From the NCBI GenBank assembly GCA_040758295.1, contig JBFLVZ010000011.1, positions 13,917 through 37,916 of the forward strand: 24,000 nt of DNA. Direction: 5' to 3'. Positions within the stretch are counted from its first letter, which is position 1, and every line of letters begins with the position of its first letter. The notes beneath the pieces are model-generated. The model had not been told where the DNA came from. It ran no database searches and worked only from the letters and a program-made list of their open reading frames with translations. Below are positions 1 through 11,383 of the stretch, in pieces. Position numbers and translations under genes: made by a program. Source of the DNA: Pseudomonadota bacterium (GTDB lineage: Bacteria > Pseudomonadota > Gammaproteobacteria > Halothiobacillales > Halothiobacillaceae).

Positions 1-524
1 CTCGGGGGCGCCACGCTTCTCAGGCGTGCCAGCAGGGCTTGGGCGATGATCTCCTGCATTTCGCCGTGCAGGCGGGCCTCTTCCGAACCTCGGCTGAGGA
101 CGTTGGTCGGGGCATCATGCATGTTGCGGGCGGCCTCGAACACCTCGTTGTCGAGCAGCACCAAGCCCTGCGCATCCTCGGCCTTCACCCGCAGCCGCAG
201 GGTCAGCTCCACCTCGCGGGCGCGGGCACGGGGGTCCAGCACGACCTGGCGGCGGCTGGTGCCGTAGTCGGTGACGGTCAGGCGCAGGCTGGCCTTGGCC
301 GCGTCGCTCACCAGTTCGCCGCCGTTCTGTCGCAGCAGGCGCCCGAGGGCCGCAGCCAGGGCAGGGTCCGGCTGCTTGCCACCGAGGTGGACGCGCTGCA
401 TGACCGGCGGCAGCTCGACCATGCCGCGCGGCTGGAAGCCGCAGGCGGAGAGGGCGAGGGTAAGCCCTCCAAGCAGGAGGGTGCGGCGGGATGGCGCTTG
501 GTGCCTTGTTGGATACTTGCTCAT
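1..524 (-). CDS. lptE: LPS assembly lipoprotein LptE (3' end truncated by window start)
   Basis: Manual minus-strand translation from ATG at 524: MSKYPTRHQAPSRRTLLLGGLTLALSACGFQPRGM... Lipoprotein signal with LSAC lipobox followed by GFQPRG, located directly after leuS as in the conserved leuS-lptE order. The supplied 115..555 ORF is a different frame. Confidence 0.85.
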   Translation of the reverse strand, partial: MSKYPTRHQAPSRRTLLLGGLTLALSACGFQPRGMVELPPVMQRVHLGGKQPDPALAAALGRLLRQNGGELVSDAAKASLRLTVTDYGTSRRQVVLDPRARAREVELTLRLRVKAEDAQGLVLLDNEVFEAARNMHDAPTNVLSRGSEEARLHGEMQEIIAQALLARLRSVAPP

Positions 525-543
525 TCACCCTCTTCCCCCCACA

Positions 544-563
544 CCTCCCCCTCAAGGGGGAGG
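544..563. repeat. Short GC-rich inverted repeat in the leuS-lptE spacer
   Basis: CCTCCCC-CTCAAG-GGGGAGG read directly; 7 bp arms. Confidence 0.6.
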
Positions 564-599
564 GGAGTGTCTAGGAAACACGGAAAGCCTGGTGCGTTC

Positions 600-624
600 C
601 CTCCTCCCCTGGCGGGGGAGGAGG
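600..624. repeat. Perfect 10-bp inverted repeat abutting the leuS stop codon
   Basis: CCTCCTCCCC-TGGCG-GGGGAGGAGG; the leuS stop (TTA on +) starts at 625. Confidence 0.7.
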
Positions 625-3847
<3,223 letters not shown>

Positions 3848-3879
3848 ACCAAGCAGAATCTATCGATCACGCACAAAAC

Positions 3880-3917
3880 TTATGGTCATGGGTTTTTGAC
3901 CATATTCACCATATGGT
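3880..3917. promoter_or_regulatory. Candidate operator: paired inverted TATGGTC/GACCATA sites
   Basis: TATGGTCA (3880-3887) ... TGACCATA (3896-3903) perfect inverted pair, followed by the perfect palindrome ACCATATGGT (3907-3916). It lies upstream of the TonB receptor operon. Confidence 0.5.
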
Positions 3918-3994
3918 CTTTGAGTCCTTTCACCTTTGGGCATCCGTAGGGTGTCCAATAAATCAGTGACTTGGATGTTGGCATGATGGTTGCC

Positions 3995-4025
3995 CTCCTT
4001 GCCGCGATTTTTTTCGCGCAAGGAG
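3995..4025 (+). promoter_or_regulatory. Hairpin sequestering the Shine-Dalgarno of the TonB-dependent receptor gene
   Basis: CTCCTTGCCGCGA-TTTTTT-TCGCGCAAGGAG: 12-bp stem with one bulged C and a 6-T loop. The 3' arm contains AAGGAG (4020-4025); ATG at 4036. Confidence 0.55.
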
Positions 4026-4035
4026 TTCATGTGTC

Positions 4036-6216
4036 ATGCACCGTTCAGTGATCCCCGTGGCGACGATGGTGGCGGGGGCGTGGGCCCTCGTTGCCGCCGC
4101 CGAGCCCACCGCCCTCGACGCGCTTCGCATCGAGTCCACCACGATCGACGACCGATTCGGCCAGCGCCGCGACGAACCCTCGAGCATCGCGGTCATCAGC
4201 GGTGAGGAGGTGGACCGAAGCCATGCCGAGAACCTGCAGCAGATCCTGCAGGCGATTCCCGGCATCACCACCGAGGTCCAGGGGGGCGACTCGATCAAGA
4301 TCCACATCCGCGGGGTCGAGAACCAGCGCTACATGGGGGAGAAGCCCGGTGTGGCGGTCGTGATCGACGGTGTGCCGGTGTTCGAGCGCACCGGGCGGGT
4401 CAACATCGACCTCGACGATATCGAGTCGGTGCGGGTGATCAAGGGAGGGGCGTCCTACCTGTTCGGTGAGGATGCCCTGTCCGGCGCGGTCATCATCACC
4501 ACCAAGCGCGGCGCACAGAAGAACAAGGTTGAGGCCGAGGCGGGCAGTTTCGGCTACCGCAAGGGGCTGGCGCGCGCCGCCGGCCAGTGGGGCGACCTCG
4601 TCGGCCACCTCCAGGCCTCCACCCGCCAGTCGGACGGTTACTGGCATGATTCCGAGTATCGCGCCGACTACCTGACCGGCAAGCTGCAGTGGTTCGCGGA
4701 TGAGCAGAGCGACGTGACGCTCGGCTTCGAGCGCTCCTGGCGCGAAAAGGACAGCCACGGCACGGTGGACGGCATCACCCAGGCCCGGATCGATCCGCGC
4801 AGCGTCGAGGGACAGGACTACGCGCGCATGTACGACGTGGATCTCGGCAAGGTCTTCCTCAACTACAACCGCGATCTCGCCTCCGGCATGAACTGGCTGA
4901 CGAACGTCTACCGCTTCACCGACCACACCCGCTTCGTCTCCTCCCCCCAGCGCTTCGACGCCCGCGGCCGGGCGATCAGCGATCCCAACGCCTACACCAC
5001 CGGCAACGACTACGAACAGGTCCAGCAGGGGGTCAAGTCCGAGCTGCGCGGCACGGCGGGCCGCCTGGCCTGGCTCGGCGCCATCGACCTGCGCTTCAAC
5101 ACCTATGACAATCGCACCTTCAACCTGGTCGACTACAAGACCTCGCCATCCCCGCGCGCCCCGGTGCGGTATGCGGGGGAGGTGACCTCGCAGGACACCA
5201 CCGACGAGACCGTCACCGCCGCCTACGGCGAGTTGCGTTATCGCGCCACCGACGCCTTGACCCTCACCGCCAACCTGCGCCAGGAGCGCATCGCGCTCAA
5301 TTACGATGATCAGCTTCGCAACCTGGGCCTCGACCGCAGCTTCGATCAGACCTCCTGGCGGTTGGGGGCGAACCATGCCCTCGGCAAGGACGCGGACCTG
5401 TTCGCCAACGTCTCCACGGGGTTCCGCATTCCCACCATCCAGCAGTTGTTCGCCGGCACCATCGACCCGCAGGGCAGTACGGCGAGCAACCCGGCCCTTG
5501 CGCCCGAGCGTTCGCTGACCAAGGAGATCGGCGTGCGCGGTCGTATTGCCGCGGGCATCCCGCTGCGCTACGAGGCCGCCCTGTTCCAGATCGACCGCAA
5601 CGACTACATCGTCGCCACGGCCGGCCAGTACGCCGTGCCAGAAACGGGGGAGGTCAACCGTTACGAGAATGTTGGCGGTGCGCGCTCGCGCGGTATGGAA
5701 CTGGCCCTCAGCGGCGTCGTGAATCCGCAATGGTCCTTCGATCTGGCCTACACCCTGCTCGATGCGGAATACACCAGCCACGCCAACTTCAACCTGCTGT
5801 TGGGCGATCGTTGGGGCGGGAACTACCTGATCGAACACTACGACCTGCTTGGCAACAGCATCCCGCGCACCCCTCGCCACCACGCCAACCTGCGCATGCA
5901 CTACCGTCCCTCCGAACCGTGGCTGGTCACCGCGGAGCTGGACACCGTGTCCGGCTACTACGCCGACGAGCTGAACCGCCTGCGCATCGGTGGACACACC
6001 CTCGTCAACCTGTTCGGCTCCTACGAGATCCGGCGCGGCCGAAGCGTGACCTGGACACTGTTCGCGCGCATCGACAACCTGTTCGACCGCGACTACTTCA
6101 ACACCGCGCGCGCCCACTACGACGCCAACGGCGATGGTGTGTTCGACCTGGAGGACACCAGCCTGACCGTCAATCCCGGCCGGGTCTGGACGGCGGGCTT
6201 CAATGCCCAGTTCTGA
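4036..6216 (+). CDS. TonB-dependent outer membrane receptor
   Basis: 726 aa with N-terminal signal sequence, plug domain (PSSIAVISGEEVDRSHAENLQQILQAIPGITT, VIDGVPVFERTGRVNIDLDDIESVRVIKGGASYLFGEDALSGAVIITTKR), TonB barrel features, and a C-terminal aromatic strand ending ...NPGRVWTAGFNAQF. Confidence 0.95.
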   Translation: MHRSVIPVATMVAGAWALVAAAEPTALDALRIESTTIDDRFGQRRDEPSSIAVISGEEVDRSHAENLQQILQAIPGITTEVQGGDSIKIHIRGVENQRYMGEKPGVAVVIDGVPVFERTGRVNIDLDDIESVRVIKGGASYLFGEDALSGAVIITTKRGAQKNKVEAEAGSFGYRKGLARAAGQWGDLVGHLQASTRQSDGYWHDSEYRADYLTGKLQWFADEQSDVTLGFERSWREKDSHGTVDGITQARIDPRSVEGQDYARMYDVDLGKVFLNYNRDLASGMNWLTNVYRFTDHTRFVSSPQRFDARGRAISDPNAYTTGNDYEQVQQGVKSELRGTAGRLAWLGAIDLRFNTYDNRTFNLVDYKTSPSPRAPVRYAGEVTSQDTTDETVTAAYGELRYRATDALTLTANLRQERIALNYDDQLRNLGLDRSFDQTSWRLGANHALGKDADLFANVSTGFRIPTIQQLFAGTIDPQGSTASNPALAPERSLTKEIGVRGRIAAGIPLRYEAALFQIDRNDYIVATAGQYAVPETGEVNRYENVGGARSRGMELALSGVVNPQWSFDLAYTLLDAEYTSHANFNLLLGDRWGGNYLIEHYDLLGNSIPRTPRHHANLRMHYRPSEPWLVTAELDTVSGYYADELNRLRIGGHTLVNLFGSYEIRRGRSVTWTLFARIDNLFDRDYFNTARAHYDANGDGVFDLEDTSLTVNPGRVWTAGFNAQF

Positions 6217-6225
6217 GGAGGCTGC

Positions 6226-7041
6226 ATGAACAGGATATTTCTGGCCCTGTTGGGGCTCGGCCTCGTCATGCCCGCCTGGGCGGGCGGCGAGCTGGCCTGG
6301 CGTCCTCCCGCCCCGGCGGCCGGGCAAGCCTCCCATGGAGGTCACGCCACGAAGTCCTCGGGCTGGCGCCTGGATGGGATGGGGGAGGGCGTGCAGGCGC
6401 GGATGATCGCCCCGGATCTGAGCGTCCACTCCTTGGAGGCACGCGGCGTAGCCTTCCCCATGCCGCGCACGGGAATGGACTACTACCACGCGCTGGTGGC
6501 CAGCCGTGCGGGGGAGTGGCGGGTGGAGACCGCCATCCGCTACGTGCCGCTGGGCGGCCGCCCCTCCGGGCACAGCCCGGCGGAGGTCGTGGCGCTGCCC
6601 AAGGCGCGGCTCGAGATCGTGCCCGATCCCCTGCCGCGCGAGCACTGGCGCTACCAGGGGGACCAGGCGGCACGCTTCGCCCTGCGCTTCGACGGCCAGC
6701 CCTTGGCGGGGCGGGCCATGCGCCTGACCAGCGCGAAGGGGAGCGAGCTCGTCGTCCAGACGGATGCACGCGGCCGGGCCGAGATCGTTGTTCCGGACGA
6801 CCTGGACCCCGCAGCCGGACAGCGGCAGGCTGGGGAGATGACCCTCGTGGCCGAACACAGGGATGGGCAGGGCGTGTTGCACGTCACCACCCTGAGCGCG
6901 GCCTACGCGCCCTCGCCCGCGCACTGGAAGTCCCTGCCGCTCGGCGCCTTCATGGGGGTGGCAGGCCTTGTGGGCGGCCTCGCCGCCCGGCCCCTGCTCC
7001 TCCGCGCCGCCAAGACCCTTCCCAAGAGGAAGACATCATGA
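6226..7041 (+). CDS. Periplasmic DUF4198-like hypothetical protein with C-terminal TM helix
   Basis: 271 aa with signal peptide, Ig-like mid domain (ARFALRFDGQPLAGRAMRLTSAKGSELVVQTDARGRAEIVVPDDL) and a C-terminal hydrophobic helix. Ends in an ATGA overlap with the next gene. The DUF4198 resemblance is from memory. Confidence 0.6.
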   Translation: MNRIFLALLGLGLVMPAWAGGELAWRPPAPAAGQASHGGHATKSSGWRLDGMGEGVQARMIAPDLSVHSLEARGVAFPMPRTGMDYYHALVASRAGEWRVETAIRYVPLGGRPSGHSPAEVVALPKARLEIVPDPLPREHWRYQGDQAARFALRFDGQPLAGRAMRLTSAKGSELVVQTDARGRAEIVVPDDLDPAAGQRQAGEMTLVAEHRDGQGVLHVTTLSAAYAPSPAHWKSLPLGAFMGVAGLVGGLAARPLLLRAAKTLPKRKTS

Positions 7042-8111
7042 ACCCGCTGAAGAACCTGTCCGTGCTGCGCAAGCTGGTCCAGCTCGCCGCCTTCGTCTTC
7101 CTGGTCTACGGTTCTGCCGTCGTCGGCTTCTACGCCGCTGACAAGCTTTCCGGTGCGTTGCCCGCCCTGGCCTGCGCCTACGATGGCCAGACCGCGGATT
7201 ACTGCGTTCTGGTCCCGGTCCAGCACCAGATGCATCACCGCCTGGGCGAGGTCCTGGTGGGCGGCGGCGAGATCCTCAAGGCGCTGATGCCCACCCTGAT
7301 CTCGCTCGGCACCTTCCTCATCCTGTTCGTCCTGCTGAACAAGGCCTTCTGCGGCTGGATCTGCCCGCTCGGCTTCTTCCAGGAGGTGACCCACCTGCTG
7401 GGGCAGAAGCTCGGCTTCAGGCAGGTGGAATCGCTGTCCGACAAGGTGGTGGACCGCATCCGGCCATGGAAGTGGGCGATGCTCGGCGGCCTCGTGTTCG
7501 GCCTGCCGGTGCTGGCGGGGATGGGGGTGGCGGCGCACGAGCTGGGCAACCCGTTCTGCGACATCTGCCCGAGCCGCATCCTCACCACCCTGGCCACCGG
7601 CGACACCGGGCAGCTGGTCGTCGACACGACCAGCACCACCACCATCGTCCTGTCCATGCTCGGCACCTTTCTGTTCGGTCTGATGGTGGCCCTGGGCATG
7701 ACCCTGCGCCAGCCCTTTTGCCGCATCTGTCCCATGCTTGCCCTGCACGCGGTGTTCCGCAGGCTCGGTCTTGCCCGGCTGGTCAAGCACGCCACCCCGC
7801 GCTGCGATCGCTGCGGCCTGTGTGCGAAGGCCTGCCCGATGGACATCCGCGAGATCCACACCGACATGACGCGCAAGGACGTCACCTTCGCGGACTGCAC
7901 GTTGTGCGGGCGCTGCGTGGAATTCTGCCCGGACAAGGGCGTGCTGCAGATCCGTTACCTCGGCCTGCCGCTGTTCCACTCGAGTCCAGCCTACTTCAAG
8001 GCGCGCAAGAAGGCCCAGACCGAGTGGGAGGCGGTGCGACTTCACACCTTCAAGGGCATTCCCATCGTCCCGGCGCGGGATGAGAGCGCCGCAGGTGAGA
8101 AACGCTCATGA
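7038..8111 (+). CDS. Membrane-bound 4Fe-4S polyferredoxin, NapH/CcoG/FtrD-like
   Basis: 357 aa from ATG 7038. Several TM helices, CGWICPLG, CDICPSR, CRICPML, and two ferredoxin motifs CDRCGLCAKACP and CTLCGRCVEFCP. The supplied 5730..8111 ORF adds an upstream segment that overlaps two well-supported genes. Confidence 0.88.
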   Translation: MNPLKNLSVLRKLVQLAAFVFLVYGSAVVGFYAADKLSGALPALACAYDGQTADYCVLVPVQHQMHHRLGEVLVGGGEILKALMPTLISLGTFLILFVLLNKAFCGWICPLGFFQEVTHLLGQKLGFRQVESLSDKVVDRIRPWKWAMLGGLVFGLPVLAGMGVAAHELGNPFCDICPSRILTTLATGDTGQLVVDTTSTTTIVLSMLGTFLFGLMVALGMTLRQPFCRICPMLALHAVFRRLGLARLVKHATPRCDRCGLCAKACPMDIREIHTDMTRKDVTFADCTLCGRCVEFCPDKGVLQIRYLGLPLFHSSPAYFKARKKAQTEWEAVRLHTFKGIPIVPARDESAAGEKRS

Positions 8112-8815
8112 ACGAGCTGGCGCCGCTGGGGTTCTTGTCCGCCCTCCTGCTCGGGCTCTCCTACGGGGCGACGGCGTGCAGCATCGCCTGCGTGCCGCTG
8201 GTCGGCCCGGCCCTGCTTGGGCGCGGGGGCGGTGCGGGCGAGTCGTGGCGGATGGTGGCCGCCTTCTCGCTGGGAAGGGTCAGCGGCTACATGGGCATGG
8301 CCTCGGCCTCCGCCCTGCTGGGGCACTGGATTGCGGGGCTGGACGTGCAGTGGGTCATGCGGCTGTTCGTCGGCGGCGGCACGATGGTGCTGGGGGCGCT
8401 CGTGATCCTGCGCGCGGGGCGGGGCGGCGCCTGCCGGGCGATCCCGCCTTCCGCGAGGGGCGATGTGCCCCTGCCCATGCCTGCGACGCGTCCCAGGAAC
8501 ACGCGCCGGGGCCTGCATCTGCTCGGGGCCTATACCACGGGTTTCGGCATGGCCTTCAGCCCCTGCGCGCCGCTGGCGACGATCCTGCTCGCCGCCGCGA
8601 CCGCGGGCAGCCTCGCCGGGGGCATGCTGCTGGGCGCGGGTTTTGGCCTCGGCGCGGCCCTGCTTCCGGCCCTGCTGCTTGGCTTCGGCGCCTCCGCACT
8701 GGCGCACGAGCTGCGCATGCGGGTGGGGCGCTGGCGGGGCATGCTGGAACGCGGGGCTGGGGCCTTCCTGCTGCTGCTCGGGGCCATGGTCGCCCTGGGC
8801 CGGGTGTCGCTGTGA
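8108..8815 (+). CDS. DsbD/CcdA-like, sulfite exporter TauE/SafE-type membrane protein
   Basis: 235 aa, ~6 TM helices, SYGATACSIACVPLVGP and GMAFSPCAPLATILLAAA; ATGA overlap with the polyferredoxin gene. Confidence 0.75.
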   Translation: MNELAPLGFLSALLLGLSYGATACSIACVPLVGPALLGRGGGAGESWRMVAAFSLGRVSGYMGMASASALLGHWIAGLDVQWVMRLFVGGGTMVLGALVILRAGRGGACRAIPPSARGDVPLPMPATRPRNTRRGLHLLGAYTTGFGMAFSPCAPLATILLAAATAGSLAGGMLLGAGFGLGAALLPALLLGFGASALAHELRMRVGRWRGMLERGAGAFLLLLGAMVALGRVSL

Positions 8816-8820
8816 GGGCG

Positions 8821-10332
8821 TCAGCCCCGGCGCTTCCGGATCAGGCCGCGCAGGGCGAGGCTGGCCAGTCCCAGGCCGGCCAGCAGCCACAGCGGCCACT
8901 CGCCCCAGCGCACGAACGGGGTGGCGCCTTGCATGGGGGTGATCTCGCCGCGCAGGAGGGCCTGCTCGAACTGGGGTGTGCGCGCCACCACCCGGCCGTG
9001 AGGGTCGATCAGGGCGGAGATACCGGTGTTGGTGGCGCGGGCCATCCAACGGCCGCTCTCCAGGCTGCGCATCGCGGCGATTTGCAGGTGCTGATGCGGT
9101 GCGAGCGAGTCGCCGAACCAGGCGTCGTTGCTGGCGTTGATGAGGAAGCGAGCCTCGGGCAGGGCGAGGCGGATCTCGCGCGAGAGCGCGGCCTCGTAGC
9201 AGATCGAGGCGCCCGCAGGGTGGCCGGCCAGCTGGAGGAGGGGCTGCTCATCCGCCCCGGAGGTGAGGTCGGACATCGGCACCTGGATGAAGGCCTTGAA
9301 CGGCTCGATCAAGAAGCGCAGCGGCAGGAACTCGCCAAAGGCGACCAGGTGGCGCTTGTGGTAGCGCCCTCCGTCCACGGGCAGGGTGATCAGGGCGTTG
9401 TAGTAGTGGCCGAAGCGGTCCTCGTCGAACACCCCGGCGACGATCTGGATACCGTGCTCGCGGGCCTTGTCCTGCATCTCGATCAGGAACGGTGCGGCCT
9501 GTGACACGAGGTCCGGCACCGCCGTCTCCGGCCACAGGATCAGCCGGGCATCCTGGTTCGCCTCGGTGAGCGTGCGGTAGGTCGCCAGGGTGGCCTCGAA
9601 GCGCTCGGGGTCGAACTTGCGCGCTTGTTCCACATTGCCCTGCACGATGGCCACCGACACCGGCTCACCGGCAGGCTGAACCCAGGCGATCTGTCCCAGC
9701 GCGAATCCCAGGCCCCACACCCCGGTCAGCAGCGGCAGGGCGATGCGGGCCGTGCGGCGCTTAAGCAAGCCGACGAGGGCGGCCGCGCTCAGCCCCACGG
9801 CAAGGCCCATGCCGTACTCGCCCAGCAGCGGGCCGTAGCCCGCGAGGGGCGTGGCCAGCATGCTCGCGCCGAGGTTCAGCCAGGGGAAGCCGCCGAGGAA
9901 GATGCCGCGCACAAGCTCCAGCAGCAACCAGGCCAGCGGCAGGGCGAGGAACAGCCGCGCAGGTGTGCCGGGCGCGCTCAGCCGCGCGGCGAGCTCGCCG
10001 GCAAGGGCCGGGAAGGCCGCCGCTACGGCGACGAAGAGGAAGGTGATGAGGCCCGCGATGGGAGCGATGGCGTCACCGAACAGGTGGAGGCTGTTGTAGA
10101 CCCAGCTCACCCCCACGCCGAACTGGCCGAGGCCGAAGGCGTAGCCGATCCAGCGTGCCTCGCGTGGCGTGGCCCCCTGCCAGAGCCAGAACAGCCCCGC
10201 GAGGGCGAGGATGGCGACGGGCCACAGGCCGAAGGGGGCGAAGGCCAGCGGTAGGACTGCACCGAGCGGGAGGGCGAGGAGTCGGGCGGTCCGGGGGGAG
10301 AGGCGTGGCATGATGGGGGGCCGGGGGCTCAA
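8821..10332 (-). CDS. lnt: Apolipoprotein N-acyltransferase
   Basis: 503 aa; polytopic N-terminus followed by nitrilase-like domain (LILWPETAVP, YHKRHLVAFGEFLP, GASICYEAAL, NASNDAWFGDSLAPHQHLQIAAMRSLESGRWMARATNTGIS). Confidence 0.96.
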   Translation of the reverse strand: MSPRPPIMPRLSPRTARLLALPLGAVLPLAFAPFGLWPVAILALAGLFWLWQGATPREARWIGYAFGLGQFGVGVSWVYNSLHLFGDAIAPIAGLITFLFVAVAAAFPALAGELAARLSAPGTPARLFLALPLAWLLLELVRGIFLGGFPWLNLGASMLATPLAGYGPLLGEYGMGLAVGLSAAALVGLLKRRTARIALPLLTGVWGLGFALGQIAWVQPAGEPVSVAIVQGNVEQARKFDPERFEATLATYRTLTEANQDARLILWPETAVPDLVSQAAPFLIEMQDKAREHGIQIVAGVFDEDRFGHYYNALITLPVDGGRYHKRHLVAFGEFLPLRFLIEPFKAFIQVPMSDLTSGADEQPLLQLAGHPAGASICYEAALSREIRLALPEARFLINASNDAWFGDSLAPHQHLQIAAMRSLESGRWMARATNTGISALIDPHGRVVARTPQFEQALLRGEITPMQGATPFVRWGEWPLWLLAGLGLASLALRGLIRKRRG

Positions 10333-10368
10333 TGATGCGGGGGGATCACAGCGGCACGTGGGCTTTCT

Positions 10369-10435
10369 GTAGGAGGCCCGCCCTCGGGTCGAGGGGCCCT
10401 TCGGCCCTTCATCGCGGCAAGGGCAATGATCCTAC
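10369..10435. repeat. REP-like palindromic element, copy 1
   Basis: Begins GTAGGAGGCCCGCCCTCGGG and ends CCTAC; lies between lnt and corC. Shares its 5' sequence with 12881-12939. Confidence 0.6.
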
Positions 10436-10489
10436 GGGGATGCGATGGAGTCGTGAGGAACCCATCCGCGCCAACGGTCTTAGCTTGCC

Positions 10490-11383
10490 TTACCCCGCTT
10501 CCATGCCCTCCGCGGGATGGATACGCGATACCCGCAGGCGGTGCAGGCGGCGGCTGTCGGCGCTGACCACGCGGAACTCGAAGCCATCCAGCACGATGCG
10601 CTCGTCCTTCTGCGGCAGGTGGCCGAGGGTGTGGGTGACCAGTCCGCCGACGGTGTCGAAGTCCTCGTCGGGCAGGTTTGCGCCTACCTGTTCGTTGAAC
10701 TCGCCAATCGGCGTTAGGGCATGGACGATGTAGCGGTCGCTGCCGGCAGCGCGGATGTGGACATCCTCCTCCACATCGTACTCGTCCTCAATGTTGCCGA
10801 CGATCTGCTCGAGGATGTCCTCGATGGTGATCAGCCCGGCCACACCGCCGTACTCGTCGATGACCACAGTCATGTGGTTGCGCGAGGCGCGCAGCTCGGC
10901 CAGCAGGGCATCCACGCGCTTGCTCTCCGGCACGAACAGCACCGGGCGGAGGTGGGCGGCGATGTCGAACGGGGCCTGGCCCTCGCCGTTCCCCTCGCCG
11001 TTGGCCCCCAGCGGGATGGCGTGCAGCAGGTCCTTGACCAGCAGGATGCCCACCACCTCGTCGCGGTCCTCGCCGATCACCGGATAGCGCGAGTGGCCCG
11101 AGGCCAGCACCTGGCGCAGGATGTCCTCGAAGGGGGCGTCCAGGGCGACCACGTCCATCTGGCCGCGGGGGATCATGATGTCGCGGGCGCGCAGGTCGTG
11201 CAGTTCGAGCACGCCCTCCATCATGGCGAGCGCGGTGGAGTCGAGCAGGCCGCGCTCCTGCGCGGTTTCGAGGGTCTCGATCAGGTCTTCCCGGTTGCGG
11301 GGTTCGCCGCCGAGCAGCTGGGCGATGCGGTCAAGCCAACTTCGGGGCTGGCCTGCGTGTTCGCTGGGTGAGGAATCGTCCAT
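10490..11383 (-). CDS. corC: CorC/HlyC-family transporter-associated protein (YbeX), CBS domains
   Basis: 297 aa; RAGDIMIPRGQMDVV-type CBS pair, VVIDEYGGVAGLITIEDILEQIVGNIEDEYD, C-terminal transporter-associated domain. Confidence 0.94.
   Translation of the reverse strand: MDDSSPSEHAGQPRSWLDRIAQLLGGEPRNREDLIETLETAQERGLLDSTALAMMEGVLELHDLRARDIMIPRGQMDVVALDAPFEDILRQVLASGHSRYPVIGEDRDEVVGILLVKDLLHAIPLGANGEGNGEGQAPFDIAAHLRPVLFVPESKRVDALLAELRASRNHMTVVIDEYGGVAGLITIEDILEQIVGNIEDEYDVEEDVHIRAAGSDRYIVHALTPIGEFNEQVGANLPDEDFDTVGGLVTHTLGHLPQKDERIVLDGFEFRVVSADSRRLHRLRVSRIHPAEGMEAG

Noticed and set aside
115-555. 146-aa minus ORF supplied near the window start
   Set aside because: Wrong frame of lptE; the correct frame starts at 524 and contains the lipobox.
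4045-6924. 959-aa minus-strand ORF opposite the TonB receptor
   Set aside because: Antisense shadow ORF. The plus strand encodes clear TonB receptor motifs and the next operon gene.
5730-7037. N-terminal extension of the polyferredoxin ORF to 793 aa
   Set aside because: The extension overlaps two well-supported genes in another frame and is Arg/Pro/His-rich; the true start is ATG 7038 with an ATGA overlap.
8080-9504. 474-aa plus-strand ORF over the TauE-like and lnt genes
   Set aside because: Spans the convergent ends of two conserved genes in a different frame; no coherent domain.
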